Positions 36,816 through 46,729 are shown, counted from the stretch's first letter. The stretch: 64,000 nucleotides of DNA from an uncultured Candidatus Saccharibacteria bacterium (GCA_964436255.1 CAYTBW010000004.1:2685-66684), one strand, 5' to 3'. The notes: a model not told the origin generated them from the sequence alone. Numbers and translations: made by a program.

Positions 36816-37762
36816 TACTTCTTCCCCTTCTTGCCAGTTACTGCCAAGAACACGTCATCCAAGCTTGGCCTGTGAACAGAAACGTCACGAATCTTTATCT
36901 TGGCTTCACCGAAAGCAGCCACAACTTTAAGCAATGTCTCGGTGCCCTTGGCCGCTCGAATGCTAATTGAGCGCGTCATCTCGTCGATCTTTGGCTGGGA
37001 TTTTGTAAGCGTCATCATAAGATCTATCGCCTTATCTTGGTCGGCTGGAGCAACGTGCACCTCTACCACATCGCGACCCAAGCTTGCCTTCAGCTGATTA
37101 GCTGTTCCCTGCTGCACTACCTTCCCCCGATCGATGATACTAATATAATCACAGAGCGCATCGGCTTCTTCCAAGTATTGAGTGGTTAGTAACAGTGTAC
37201 GACCCTCGTCAACGAGCTCGCGAATAATTTCCCAGAGCTCTTGGCGTGTGCGCGGATCCAGCCCAGTCGTTGGTTCATCCATAAATATAATCTCTGGCTT
37301 ACCAACCAGGCTTGCACCGAGATCTAATCTGCGGCGCATGCCCCCAGAATAGGTTTTTGCTGGGCGGTCCGCTGCGTCAACTAGGCTCAGGCGCTCCAAC
37401 AGCTCCTCGGTTCGCTTTTTTGCCTCCTTTTTGGGCACGTGGTATAGCCGCGCCACCATCATAAGTGTCTCGCGACCAGTTAAGAAATCATCAACAGCTG
37501 CAAATTGTCCTGCAAGACCTATCATGCGTCGCACTTCGTCCTGTTTAGTGCTTAAATCAAGGCCATTGATGGTAATCTTCCCGCTGTCAGTGTCTATGAG
37601 TGTGGCAAGTGCACGAACGAGCGTAGTCTTTCCCGCGCCATTAGGCCCGAGCAGTCCGTAGATCTTTCCCTTTTCGACTTCAATACTAACGCCGTTCAGG
37701 GCCTTAACTTTTCCGAATGATTTCTTAACATTTTTTACCGATATCACGCTTGCCATAGACAC
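36815..37762 (-). CDS. ABC transporter ATP-binding protein (DrrA-like)
   Basis: GPNGAGKTT, YSGGMRRRL, IIFMDEPTTGLD. Confidence 0.9.
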   Translation of the reverse strand: MSMASVISVKNVKKSFGKVKALNGVSIEVEKGKIYGLLGPNGAGKTTLVRALATLIDTDSGKITINGLDLSTKQDEVRRMIGLAGQFAAVDDFLTGRETLMMVARLYHVPKKEAKKRTEELLERLSLVDAADRPAKTYSGGMRRRLDLGASLVGKPEIIFMDEPTTGLDPRTRQELWEIIRELVDEGRTLLLTTQYLEEADALCDYISIIDRGKVVQQGTANQLKASLGRDVVEVHVAPADQDKAIDLMMTLTKSQPKIDEMTRSISIRAAKGTETLLKVVAAFGEAKIKIRDVSVHRPSLDDVFLAVTGKKGKK

Positions 37763-37811
37763 CTATACTACCAAATATATAGCGAAGCGGCAAGAATAAC
37801 AGTGTCTTAGG

Positions 37812-38276
37812 CTAAAGTGCAGCTGGAGGAGACGGCTGCTGTGGTTGGGCTGGAACTTGCTGAGCAACAGGAGTTTGAGCCGGCTGTACGACTGGCTGAG
37901 GCGCGGAAGCTGGGGCTTGTTGGGCAGCTACTGGAACAGCTACTGACTGAGCAGGCGCCAAGTCGCTAAGCTCAGCATCGAGTTCAGCTTGAGACTCTCG
38001 AATATCCTTAACCGCCTGGTCTACTGCTTGCTGCATTACCTCTGACTGGTTTACTATCTTTGCGGTCAAGAAGCTATCTTGCCCGGCCTCGTCCCCGGCG
38101 TCGATAAGCTGTTCAAGCTGATCTTTGTCCTCTTCGCTTAACTTTTGATAACAAAAAGCAATAAAGTAATTCTGTACACTCTCGGCAATGTCATCAAGCA
38201 TTTCCTGCTTAGCTTCTTCTGTCATGCCTTCGCTGCCAAGCTCTTTTAAGATAATGTTTTCAATCTTGTCTTGCAT
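37812..38276 (-). CDS. hypothetical acidic protein with a Q/P/A-rich tail
   Basis: 154 aa. The tail is PAQSVAVPVAAQQAPASAPQPVVQPAQTPVAQQVPAQPQQPSPPAAL. Confidence 0.5.
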   Translation of the reverse strand: MQDKIENIILKELGSEGMTEEAKQEMLDDIAESVQNYFIAFCYQKLSEEDKDQLEQLIDAGDEAGQDSFLTAKIVNQSEVMQQAVDQAVKDIRESQAELDAELSDLAPAQSVAVPVAAQQAPASAPQPVVQPAQTPVAQQVPAQPQQPSPPAAL

Positions 38277-38285
38277 GCTATCTCC

Positions 38286-39338
38286 TTAAGCCGCTACCGG
38301 CATTACTTCGGGCGCTGCTTCTGGCGCCGCTGTGGGCGGCGGTGTTTCGGCAGGCTTAGCCACAGCTTCTGGTTCCGGCGCTTCCAGTAACTGTTTAATT
38401 GCGTCTTCGAGCTGTTCGGCACTCATACCATCAACTTCGGTTGCAGCACTTGTTTCTGCGGCAGCTATCTTTTCCTTACGGTTCTTTTCTGCCCTAGTGA
38501 CAGCATCATCATACTCGGCATCAGCCTCCTTCGTGGTGCCTTCCACGCGTGCTTCAATGTAGCTTTGTTTCAAAGACTCTAGTCTTGCCTGTTCTGCAGC
38601 CGCCTCTGCTTCCTGACGGGCAGCCTGCAAACGTGCCTCCCAATTCTTACCCGCAGTATCAACTTTTTCTACCACTGACTCCACGGCGCCCCCAACCTTC
38701 TCGGCTGCAGCAGCAATAGTGGCAGTTATTGCCTCCTTTGCCTGCTTGGCACGACCGGATATCTTCTCCATTGCCTTGGAGGCCCAGCGATTGAGAGTTT
38801 CGCCGATTTTGCGACCCTTTGCTGCCGCCTTTTCTGGTGCACTTGTGATCGCTTCGCCAGCAACGATGCTTGCGCCAATCCCTACAAGCATTGCCTTCCT
38901 GGACTTGTCCTTTGCGGCAGCTACGGCCTCCTTGCGCTTCTCGCCAACCAAATCAGCGCCCTTCTCTACGCGCTCACGAACCCCCTTGGCACGTTCCTTG
39001 ACACTCTTAAAGCCTCTATCAACCGCTCCCGCAGCGTCGTAGGCCTTTTCGGCGAGTGTATCTGCGGCGCTGCTAACCTTTTCGCGGCCAGTAGTCACTG
39101 CGTCACTGCCGCGTTCAGCTAGGTTGTCGATCTTCCTGCCAATTGCTGCGCCCTTCGCCTCTGCACGACCCATAGTTTGCTCATTAGTAGATTCGGTAGT
39201 CTGCTCTGCGGGTGCGCCTTCAGACTGCTGAGCTTCAACCATAGCAACTAGGTCAGCCTGAAGCCCTGCTGCCGTAGGACTCATAGTCTGTTCTGGTGGC
39301 TTGCTGCCGCTTGATAAATCCGGGGCCTTTGGTGCCAT
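38286..39338 (-). CDS. hypothetical Ala/Glu/Lys-rich repeat protein (amphipathic-helix, LEA/apolipoprotein-like composition)
   Basis: 350 aa of low-complexity A/E/K-rich sequence with recurring ..KA..A..K.. periodicity. Confidence 0.5.
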   Translation of the reverse strand: MAPKAPDLSSGSKPPEQTMSPTAAGLQADLVAMVEAQQSEGAPAEQTTESTNEQTMGRAEAKGAAIGRKIDNLAERGSDAVTTGREKVSSAADTLAEKAYDAAGAVDRGFKSVKERAKGVRERVEKGADLVGEKRKEAVAAAKDKSRKAMLVGIGASIVAGEAITSAPEKAAAKGRKIGETLNRWASKAMEKISGRAKQAKEAITATIAAAAEKVGGAVESVVEKVDTAGKNWEARLQAARQEAEAAAEQARLESLKQSYIEARVEGTTKEADAEYDDAVTRAEKNRKEKIAAAETSAATEVDGMSAEQLEDAIKQLLEAPEPEAVAKPAETPPPTAAPEAAPEVMPVAA

Positions 39339-39404
39339 TATTATTCACTCTCTTATACCTACAGTATAGGCATAAGCGCTTTGTGGGTCAAATGACCAAG
39401 TGGA

Positions 39405-40079
39405 TTAAAAGTCTAGGAGGTCGGGGCGAGCCTGCTTGGTTTTTTCCACTGCCTGGGCCTTACGCCATTTGGCAATTTCGGCGTGGTTGCCACCTTTGAG
39501 CACTCCGGGCACCTTCATGCCGCGAAATTCCTCTGGCCTTGTGTACTGTGGGTATTCGAGCAAGCCTGCGCTAAATGATTCATCGTGAGCTGAGTCTTCG
39601 TGCCCGAGTACCCCGGGGATGAGTCGCACTACGCTGTCCACAATCGCCATAGCTGGAATCTCGCCGCCTGTGAGCACAAAGTCGCCCATCGAAACCTCTT
39701 CGTCTACAATACTTAGTATCCGCTCATCAAAGCCTTCATAATGACCACAGAGCAACACAAGGTGCTGCTCATCGCTTAATCGCTGAGCTTCGCGCTGTGT
39801 GTACTTCTTGCCGCGTGGCGTCATCATCATTACTTTGGCATTTGGTGACTTTTCTTTAATCTCCTCCACGCAAGCAAAAACTGGTTCACACTTAAGCACC
39901 ATACCAGCGCCTCCGCCGTAGGGAGTGTCGTCGACCGTCTTACGCGCACCATCGCCATAGTCACGAAGGTTCACAACCTCGAATTCGAGCTGCCTGTTCT
40001 GCTGAGCCTTCCACATCATGGAATGGGCAAACGGCCCTTCGAACATCTCTGGAAATAATGTAACTATACTGATTTTCAT
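39405..40079 (-). CDS. trmD: tRNA (guanine37-N1)-methyltransferase
   Basis: MKISIVTLFPEMF, YGGGAGMV, CGHYEGFDERI. Confidence 0.93.
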   Translation of the reverse strand: MKISIVTLFPEMFEGPFAHSMMWKAQQNRQLEFEVVNLRDYGDGARKTVDDTPYGGGAGMVLKCEPVFACVEEIKEKSPNAKVMMMTPRGKKYTQREAQRLSDEQHLVLLCGHYEGFDERILSIVDEEVSMGDFVLTGGEIPAMAIVDSVVRLIPGVLGHEDSAHDESFSAGLLEYPQYTRPEEFRGMKVPGVLKGGNHAEIAKWRKAQAVEKTKQARPDLLDF

Positions 40080-40117
40080 AGGTGCTATTGTAGCACGCTC
40101 GAGGCTAGCCCGTTAGC

Positions 40118-41194
40118 TTAGTTGTAGCCGCGGCCGTCATAGTGCGGGTCCAGATCTTCGGACAAGTTGTCAGTAGGTTCAACAGTTTTAGAAGGAACCT
40201 CCCCGCCGTACTTTCTCGCCATTTCTACTTTTAACTGATGTGCCTTAGCCTTAGCTAGCTCAATTGCTTGTTTCTTATTCTCTAGCAGCTTTGTAATGAA
40301 GTTCTCGAATGTCTGGTGCTGAGGCATATCCGGTATGTCAGCTTGCATCGCAAGCTGATCGAGGACCTCTTTAACACCTACATCAGGGCCCAGCTCGCCG
40401 AGGATGCGCTCTATTTGAGCTACTTGAGCAGATTCATCGTCGACACTGACTTCCTCAATCAAAGAAAGTTCATCTTCATCCCGCATGTAGTCGGCCAATA
40501 CCCCCACGAATTCGTCCGCATTCATAGCCGGGTAACGTTCTGGGTCTCGTTCGTATAGCCTTCGTGCGGCATAACGATGCTCCTCAATTCTTTCTGCTAG
40601 CTTCTCTTTATAATTACCTTCCTCTGTATTCGCCCGCCTTAACGCCTCTCCAACTCTCATCTTCATATTCGGAGTAGCGCGTTCGATTGGGACATTAAGG
40701 AGTTCGTTTAATACGGGGGTTGTGACCCGATCAGTCCCCAGCCCCGCATCGTAAGTCCTGAGAATAGAACTTTGTGGTTCTTCATGTTCTGAATACTCAG
40801 AGGAAAATTCATGTCGTGCTGCCTGGGCTGCGTGCGAGGCTAGCCTGGTTTCATCTCCATTCTCGCGAGAGATAATATTATGCAGCTCACGAACAGAGAT
40901 CCCGGTGCCTGGACGGGGCAGACGCTGTACTCGGTCCAGCTGACCAGGCGTTAGTGTCTCCCTAGTCGCTAGTGGGGTTCCTTCTTCTAGGCCACCTGTG
41001 CCGTCTGCTTTTGGTAGATCGCGTTTCTGTGGTGACTGCCAACCAGTATCGCGAGCAATCTCACGTATCACCCCTTGTGTCTGTTGAGCCTGTTCGGCAC
41101 GAGTTATGCTCGGAAAGCCTCCATCAACTTGCGTCTTCTCTGCGGATGATTCACTCGGCTCGCCTGTCGGTCGGATTGGCCCCATAGGATCCAT
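40118..41194 (-). CDS. hypothetical acidic protein (358 aa) occupying the usual rimM position
   Basis: SD AAAGGAAAC upstream. No PRC-barrel-like sequence seen by eye. Confidence 0.55.
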   Translation of the reverse strand: MDPMGPIRPTGEPSESSAEKTQVDGGFPSITRAEQAQQTQGVIREIARDTGWQSPQKRDLPKADGTGGLEEGTPLATRETLTPGQLDRVQRLPRPGTGISVRELHNIISRENGDETRLASHAAQAARHEFSSEYSEHEEPQSSILRTYDAGLGTDRVTTPVLNELLNVPIERATPNMKMRVGEALRRANTEEGNYKEKLAERIEEHRYAARRLYERDPERYPAMNADEFVGVLADYMRDEDELSLIEEVSVDDESAQVAQIERILGELGPDVGVKEVLDQLAMQADIPDMPQHQTFENFITKLLENKKQAIELAKAKAHQLKVEMARKYGGEVPSKTVEPTDNLSEDLDPHYDGRGYN

Positions 41195-41250
41195 GATTGT
41201 TTCCTTTAATTAATTCTTATGCTTATTGTGCGTAAATTATCGCCCAAAGT

Positions 41251-41280
41251 CAAACACCCCGCATATGGGCAGGGTGTTTG
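41251..41280 (-). terminator. hairpin CAAACACCC-12 nt-GGGTGTTTG between the KH gene and the 358-aa gene
   Basis: 9-bp perfect stem. Confidence 0.55.
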
Positions 41281-41297
41281 TGCAAAACAAGAAACTT

Positions 41298-41699
41298 CTA
41301 TATATCTAGATCATCTAGGCCGTCTAGGCCTTCGCGCGCCTTGGCCTTGATAGCGGCAGTGCGGTCTTCCTCCTCTGGCTGGCCAGACTGATCCTGCTTG
41401 TCTGCTTCGCCGTCGTCGTGATTGCGCTCACGAGGTTCCGAACCCTCTGGCTCAGCAATCTTCAGATTAAACCGAGCGTCACTCTTAGCACCGAGTACGC
41501 GGAGCAAGGTTCGAATCGATTTGGCAGTAGCGCCTGCTTTACCAATAATTTTGCCCATGTCTTCTGGGTCTACACTAAGCTCTAGCAGCACACCGCGATC
41601 GTCCACCGAGCGCGTTACTACTACTTTATCTGGATTATCCACGATGGCCTTAACCACATATTCTACAAAGGCTTGATCCATTTCGGTCGCGTCTGACAT
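41298..41699 (-). CDS. KH-domain RNA-binding protein (YlqC/UPF0109-like) with an acidic C-terminal extension
   Basis: VDPEDMGKIIGKAGATAKSIRTLL contains the GxxG KH motif. Confidence 0.8.
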   Translation of the reverse strand: MSDATEMDQAFVEYVVKAIVDNPDKVVVTRSVDDRGVLLELSVDPEDMGKIIGKAGATAKSIRTLLRVLGAKSDARFNLKIAEPEGSEPRERNHDDGEADKQDQSGQPEEEDRTAAIKAKAREGLDGLDDLDI

Positions 41700-41785
41700 A
41701 ACATCAACTCCTTACAATTATGACTTTATTGTAACGAAAGAAGCCTGCTTTGTCATGCAGGCTTCTTGAGTGCGTAGCTTGGTGA

Positions 41786-42283
41786 TTACTCGGCGGCCTT
41801 TTCGGCTTGAGCAGTCTCTACCGCTGCGTCTGCAACAGCTTCCGTGGTTGCGGTGTCGTCTTTCGCTTCTGCGGCTTCGGCATTATCAACGTTGTGAGTT
41901 TCGGCAGCAGTTTCTTCCTTAACTTCTGCAGCTTCGGCGGCGACTTCGGCAGTAGCTTCGCCCTCAGCTGGAGCTTCTGGCTTTTCTTCAACAGCTTCTG
42001 GCTCCTTTTTCGGCTTGCGGTGCTTGTCTACAATCACAGCCCACTTAGGAAGTTCGATGCCGTCTTTGCGCATCAAGCGCAATACAGCCTCTGATGGCTG
42101 AGCGCCATTGGCAATATATTTAGCTAGGTCGTCTTTCTTAAAGCTCAGCTCTTTGGTGTGTGGGTTATAGGTTCCCAGAACTGCAACAGACTTACCTGTG
42201 GCAGCACGACGCTTGTCGGCAGCTACGATACGATATACTGGATATTTCTTGCGACCTCCGCGGGCCAATCTAATTACGAGCAT
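41786..42283 (-). CDS. rpsP: 30S ribosomal protein S16 with a long Ala/Glu-rich C-terminal extension
   Basis: MLVIRLARGGRKKYPVYRIVAADKR start with SD AAGGAA. The track start is 9 codons longer. Confidence 0.88.
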   Translation of the reverse strand: MLVIRLARGGRKKYPVYRIVAADKRRAATGKSVAVLGTYNPHTKELSFKKDDLAKYIANGAQPSEAVLRLMRKDGIELPKWAVIVDKHRKPKKEPEAVEEKPEAPAEGEATAEVAAEAAEVKEETAAETHNVDNAEAAEAKDDTATTEAVADAAVETAQAEKAAE

Positions 42284-42382
42284 AGTTTCCTTACGTTTTA
42301 GCCTGCGCACTGGTTGAGGGCTGGCAGGGGTTTAAAATCAATACACACTATTCTACCTGTAAATCAGGGTAAAAGTCAATCC

Positions 42383-44848
42383 CTATATAGAACCAGTTGG
42401 GCTAAGCCGAGCAGACACGGCCATTGCAACCCCCTGCGCGTCACTCGTGATGCCGATGAGCTGCTGGGCGGCCTGCATTGTCTCGTGATTATGAGTAATT
42501 ACTATGAGCTGCGTCTTTGCCATCAACTCCTGTAGAACCTGGTTGAATTTCTGGGAGTTTGCATCGTCTAGGGCGGCGTCCACTTCATCTAGCACTACGA
42601 ACGGGCTAGGGTTGACCGCCATAATGGCTGCGAGCAAAGCGATAGCGCCCAAAGAGCGTTCGCCGCCCGAGAGCATGGCGAGCTGCTGGGTACGCTTTCC
42701 TGGAGGGGTCGCAGTGATCTCGATGCCGTACTCACCGTTTTCTCGGGCTTCATAAACCAACTTACCTGTGCCGCCGCCAAAGAGATTATGAAAGAAGTGA
42801 CCGAATTGCGTGTTTATAGCTTTGAAACTGGTGGCGAAGCGTGACTGGATATCCTTGTCCAGCTGGGATATGAGCTTTTCCAGGTCATTTACGGCGGTAG
42901 TTAAGTCGTCGTGCTGGACGCGCAGTTTCGCCAAGCGGTCGCCAATCTCGGCAGCTAACGCCACCGAATTAGCGTCCAGCTGCTGCGTCATAGATAGTCT
43001 CGCCTCTAGTTGTGCAATGCTTGCAGTCGAAACAGGCGCGTAATCCCCCTTCGGGCCTCCAAGACTGCCGTAGGAAGAACTGTAATCCTTCTCCAGCTGC
43101 CCTAGCTCTTTCCTGTGTCCATCGAGCCGCCTCTTTGACTCCTTAAATAGGACTGAGACTTCAGATTTCTTGGATACAAGCTGCTCGATAACTCGGTCTT
43201 GCCTGGAAACTTGGCCCGTAACAGAACCCACCTCTGCGCCCATTACTGATTGAGCCTCCGCCAGCTGGACGTCAAGTTCCTGCAGGTCTTTACGCAATGC
43301 AGTCTCCCTTTTTTCATACTCGGTCTTGTCGGCTACACTAGCCTGCGCAGCTTTTTGGTCCTCGTTCCGCATCATTTCGAGTTGAGCTTCGTTTTCTTTT
43401 CTGGTGTCTTGATATGAACTTATATCCAACTCCAACCCGCGCAAACGAATAATCTCTTTATTACGTTGCTCTACGAGCTCTTCCCGCTTCGTCATTTGGC
43501 GCGTCACCTTCGCCTGCAAACTACTTATTTCCTGAGCAATAAGTTCTGACTGATCCTCAATCGCCAGCTTAATCATTCGACGCATCTTATGAATGGCGAG
43601 CTCTCGATCTGCCTTCTTCATCGTTACGATGTTGTCATTATGGGCCAATAAACTGAGGAGCCCGAGAGCATGGTTTAGATATTCGCGCTTTTGACCTCGC
43701 TGGAGATGTCGACGATGCGAAGCGAGCAAGCTATTTAGCTCCTTCAAGGTTGCCTCTATGTGCTCTATCTTTTTGTCGTATGCCGTAATATCCTCACCGA
43801 CCTTATCGACCTTCTTCTGCGCGATGGTAATACTTTTGACTACCGCTGCAAGCTCTCGCTCCATAACCAACATATCCTGTCTATTTCCCGCAGGGTTCAA
43901 AGAATCTTGCACCGAACGCTCTGCCTGTAATACTGCCAACTTCTCTACGAGAATCGAGCGCTTAGCGGACAAACGAGTGTGGGTGGTGAGAGCCACACGG
44001 CGTTGCCGCTGGGTTTCGGATTCCTTCTTGTTTCTGGCTTCTCGCTCTGCCTGCAGTAGATCCAGCTGGCCTCCCAGATCCTCCAGCTCAACCCCATAGC
44101 CATTCATGCTCTGCTCAGTGGTGGTGACGAGCTTGCGCTTGTGCAATATATCGCCATACATTAAGCTCTGCTTCGCCCGGCGCACTTGAGCTTCTAGCTC
44201 GTGCCGAGCAGCCAGGGCCTGGGCGTCCCGAGTCGCGGTCGCATGCTTGGGCTCCAAATCATTTATTAGGGCCTCTAAATCAGTAATGTTACGATTAGTT
44301 TGCTCAAGGCTCTTTATGTGGCGGTCTCTGCGCAGCTCAAATTGCTTTGTGCCACTCGCCTCCTCAAACAATACTTTGCGTTCGGCAGGAGATGTCAGCA
44401 AGAGCTTCTCGACCATACCCTGGCCAATCACCGCATAAGAGTTTTGTCCAAACCCAGCCTTGGCTAGTAAATCCTGTAGTTCATGAAGGCGAACCTTCCT
44501 GCCGTTAAGTCTGTATTCACTCTCCCCATTCCGATACAGCCTGCGAGTAATCTCAACCTCTGGAGCATCGACAGGCATTTTCCCTTGGGCATTATCAAGA
44601 AGCAACGACACTTCTGCCATGCTCGCCATGGGCTTTTTGTCGGTGCCGGCAAAAATTAGCTCCTCTGACTTATTCAAACGGAGCGCGCGAGTACTTTGTT
44701 CCCCCAGCACCCAGCGTATTGCATCCGCAACGTTGCTCTTGCCTGAGCCGTTCGGGCCCACCACTGCAACGAGGCCCTTGTTAAATTCGAGCACGGATCT
44801 AGAACCGAACGACTTAAATCCAGCTAATTCTAGACTCTTCAGATACAT
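42383..44848 (-). CDS. smc: SMC-family chromosome segregation ATPase, short form (821 aa) with no recognisable hinge
   Basis: N-terminal FKSF...GPNGSGKSN. C-terminal LSGGERSLGAIALL and VLDEVDAALD. The roughly 490 aa between the heads read as continuous coiled coil. Confidence 0.8.
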   Translation of the reverse strand: MYLKSLELAGFKSFGSRSVLEFNKGLVAVVGPNGSGKSNVADAIRWVLGEQSTRALRLNKSEELIFAGTDKKPMASMAEVSLLLDNAQGKMPVDAPEVEITRRLYRNGESEYRLNGRKVRLHELQDLLAKAGFGQNSYAVIGQGMVEKLLLTSPAERKVLFEEASGTKQFELRRDRHIKSLEQTNRNITDLEALINDLEPKHATATRDAQALAARHELEAQVRRAKQSLMYGDILHKRKLVTTTEQSMNGYGVELEDLGGQLDLLQAEREARNKKESETQRQRRVALTTHTRLSAKRSILVEKLAVLQAERSVQDSLNPAGNRQDMLVMERELAAVVKSITIAQKKVDKVGEDITAYDKKIEHIEATLKELNSLLASHRRHLQRGQKREYLNHALGLLSLLAHNDNIVTMKKADRELAIHKMRRMIKLAIEDQSELIAQEISSLQAKVTRQMTKREELVEQRNKEIIRLRGLELDISSYQDTRKENEAQLEMMRNEDQKAAQASVADKTEYEKRETALRKDLQELDVQLAEAQSVMGAEVGSVTGQVSRQDRVIEQLVSKKSEVSVLFKESKRRLDGHRKELGQLEKDYSSSYGSLGGPKGDYAPVSTASIAQLEARLSMTQQLDANSVALAAEIGDRLAKLRVQHDDLTTAVNDLEKLISQLDKDIQSRFATSFKAINTQFGHFFHNLFGGGTGKLVYEARENGEYGIEITATPPGKRTQQLAMLSGGERSLGAIALLAAIMAVNPSPFVVLDEVDAALDDANSQKFNQVLQELMAKTQLIVITHNHETMQAAQQLIGITSDAQGVAMAVSARLSPTGSI

Positions 44849-44961
44849 ATGCCCACCTGCATGTACCTATTGTACCGTTAAGCACAAGCGGCAAGCAATT
44901 AGTATTAAGTGGGTGATTTGATAATTCAATTCTCGAGACCCCTCCAGGCGAACCCGAGAGG

Positions 44962-45402
44962 TCACGTGCTTGCGACGGTTGGATCTATCAGGGCATCATA
45001 GAGAATACCCTGAGGATCTGAAAAGTCGAGGTCTTTGCGGGGGAAAACCTCTCCTGCCAGGTACTTCTGAAGTTCATCGAGCAAGGCTAGTGCTGCGCTC
45101 TCCGGCTCGAGGCCGTCATTGCGACGAAGCCTCACGCCGATCATCAGGCTGTGCTGCCTAAGGAGACAACCGCTAACCCCCTCATGATCACGAATCCAGT
45201 TACGGATCATCACTCCCGCTGGACCAAGCCTCACATCTGGATGAATGGCCAGCTGATAGCGAACTCGATCAGGATTGTGCCCGCCCACTTGGAGTGCTAC
45301 ATCTTTGCGGATGAAACTCAAACTCTTGCAGTCCAAGCGAAGGGTCGGAGGATCGTCGAACCCGGAACCAGTGTAGAGACTTACTCGGACAGAAACAGGC
45401 AC
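44962..45402 (-). CDS. hypothetical protein (146 aa), GC-rich segment D
   Basis: GTG start 5 nt after a perfect GGAGGTGA. Hand count gives 59 G+C in 45061-45160. No family recognised. Confidence 0.65.
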   Translation of the reverse strand: MPVSVRVSLYTGSGFDDPPTLRLDCKSLSFIRKDVALQVGGHNPDRVRYQLAIHPDVRLGPAGVMIRNWIRDHEGVSGCLLRQHSLMIGVRLRRNDGLEPESAALALLDELQKYLAGEVFPRKDLDFSDPQGILYDALIDPTVAST

Positions 45403-45543
45403 AAGATCACCTCCTCAATAGACTAGTGGCGACTGAGATCTACGTGCCTATTCAATCTACACATAATGAAGCCCCTTATAAACAATGAGGACCTATTCTG
45501 GATAGATCCTCTGTTTTTCGTAGCCTTTTTTTGTAATTAAGTA

Positions 45544-46230
45544 CTACTTCTTATAACGGCTCAGGGCATCAGCTGCTGCAGCTTGCTGCCCAGCCTGCTT
45601 ACTCGCTCCATTCCCCTTACCGTATTCTTTTGCCCCCAAAAAAACGCCAACAGTGAATACCTTGTCATGATCCGGTCCAACCTCTGCAAGCACCTCGTAG
45701 TGCGGAGTAATGCCGTCTCTTTCCTGGGCAATCTCCTGGAACTTACTCTTTGCATCGATATACGCGCCAGACTTAAGGATGTCCGGCAGTCCAACAATAA
45801 GCTCTCGGTCAATGAAGGCCGCGGCAACGTCATACCCTTGGTCAATGTACATTGCCCCAATAATTGCCTCGATCATGTTCGCCAGGAGTGCAGTGCGGGC
45901 ACGGCCGCCGCTCTTAACTTCGCCATGCGACATGAGTAGGTATTGTCCTAGCTCCAGCCTTTCCGCCACAGAAGCCAGTGACTCTGTCTTGACCAAGGCG
46001 CTGCGCCAGCTCGTTAGTTCACCCTCTGGATTTTCATAATTCCTATAAAGGTGGTCAGTAACCACAAGCTCGAGCACGGCATCCCCCAAGAACTCAAGTC
46101 GTTCGTTATGCTCTAGGCCGGCCTTAGGATGCTCATTAATATAACTACGGTGAATAAAAGCGCGCTTAATCAGCTCTGGCTGCTTAAAGCTCGTTGCAAG
46201 CACATCTTCGATTTTCTTTTGTTCAAACAT
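45544..46230 (-). CDS. rnc: ribonuclease III
   Basis: ERLEFLGDAVL signature and a C-terminal dsRBD. Confidence 0.93.
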   Translation of the reverse strand: MFEQKKIEDVLATSFKQPELIKRAFIHRSYINEHPKAGLEHNERLEFLGDAVLELVVTDHLYRNYENPEGELTSWRSALVKTESLASVAERLELGQYLLMSHGEVKSGGRARTALLANMIEAIIGAMYIDQGYDVAAAFIDRELIVGLPDILKSGAYIDAKSKFQEIAQERDGITPHYEVLAEVGPDHDKVFTVGVFLGAKEYGKGNGASKQAGQQAAAADALSRYKK

Positions 46231-46729
46231 TGAGGCCTGTCTCTCTTAGCTTCTTCACACTAATGTCTAGTAATAGTTTTGTACCTTTGTATTCTATCAG
46301 AGCGCGGGCCTGATCGGCAGGGAACCACTTAAGATCCTGCACCCAATCGGTATCCTCTAGGACTAAAGGCTCTTCTGGGTCGAGCGCTTCCATTAAGAAT
46401 ATGAAGGTGGTCATGAATATAAGCTTACCTTCACGACGGTAAAAGAAGTGCACCTTGTCGAGCTTATCAACAATCTTAAGCTTAGCAAGCCCGGTCTCTT
46501 CTTGCATTTCCCGTAGGGCAGTTTGTTCAAGCGTCTCCCCCGACTCCACATGCCCTTTAGGTATTGTCCAACGAGAACGATGGTCCTGCATCAATAGAAA
46601 TTCAATCTTGCCATCACCGAGCGTGCGGTAAGCTATTCCCCCCGCAGTATACTCAGGTATCGCCTTAGCGCGGCTGTCGCCCTTACGCTGGCTTCTCAGC
46701 TTGCTTTTGTTTGTCTTCTTCTGGTTCAT
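46223..46729 (-). CDS. NUDIX hydrolase
   Basis: Nudix box GHVESGETLEQTALREMQEETGL. Start taken at MNQKKTNK (the track start would overlap nusB extensively). Confidence 0.8.
   Translation of the reverse strand: MNQKKTNKSKLRSQRKGDSRAKAIPEYTAGGIAYRTLGDGKIEFLLMQDHRSRWTIPKGHVESGETLEQTALREMQEETGLAKLKIVDKLDKVHFFYRREGKLIFMTTFIFLMEALDPEEPLVLEDTDWVQDLKWFPADQARALIEYKGTKLLLDISVKKLRETGLNV

Noticed and set aside
38286-39338. Locally elevated GC that might mark a sixth foreign segment.
   Set aside because: The GC excess follows from the extreme alanine content (GCN codons) of the encoded repeat protein. It is not a codon third-position shift.
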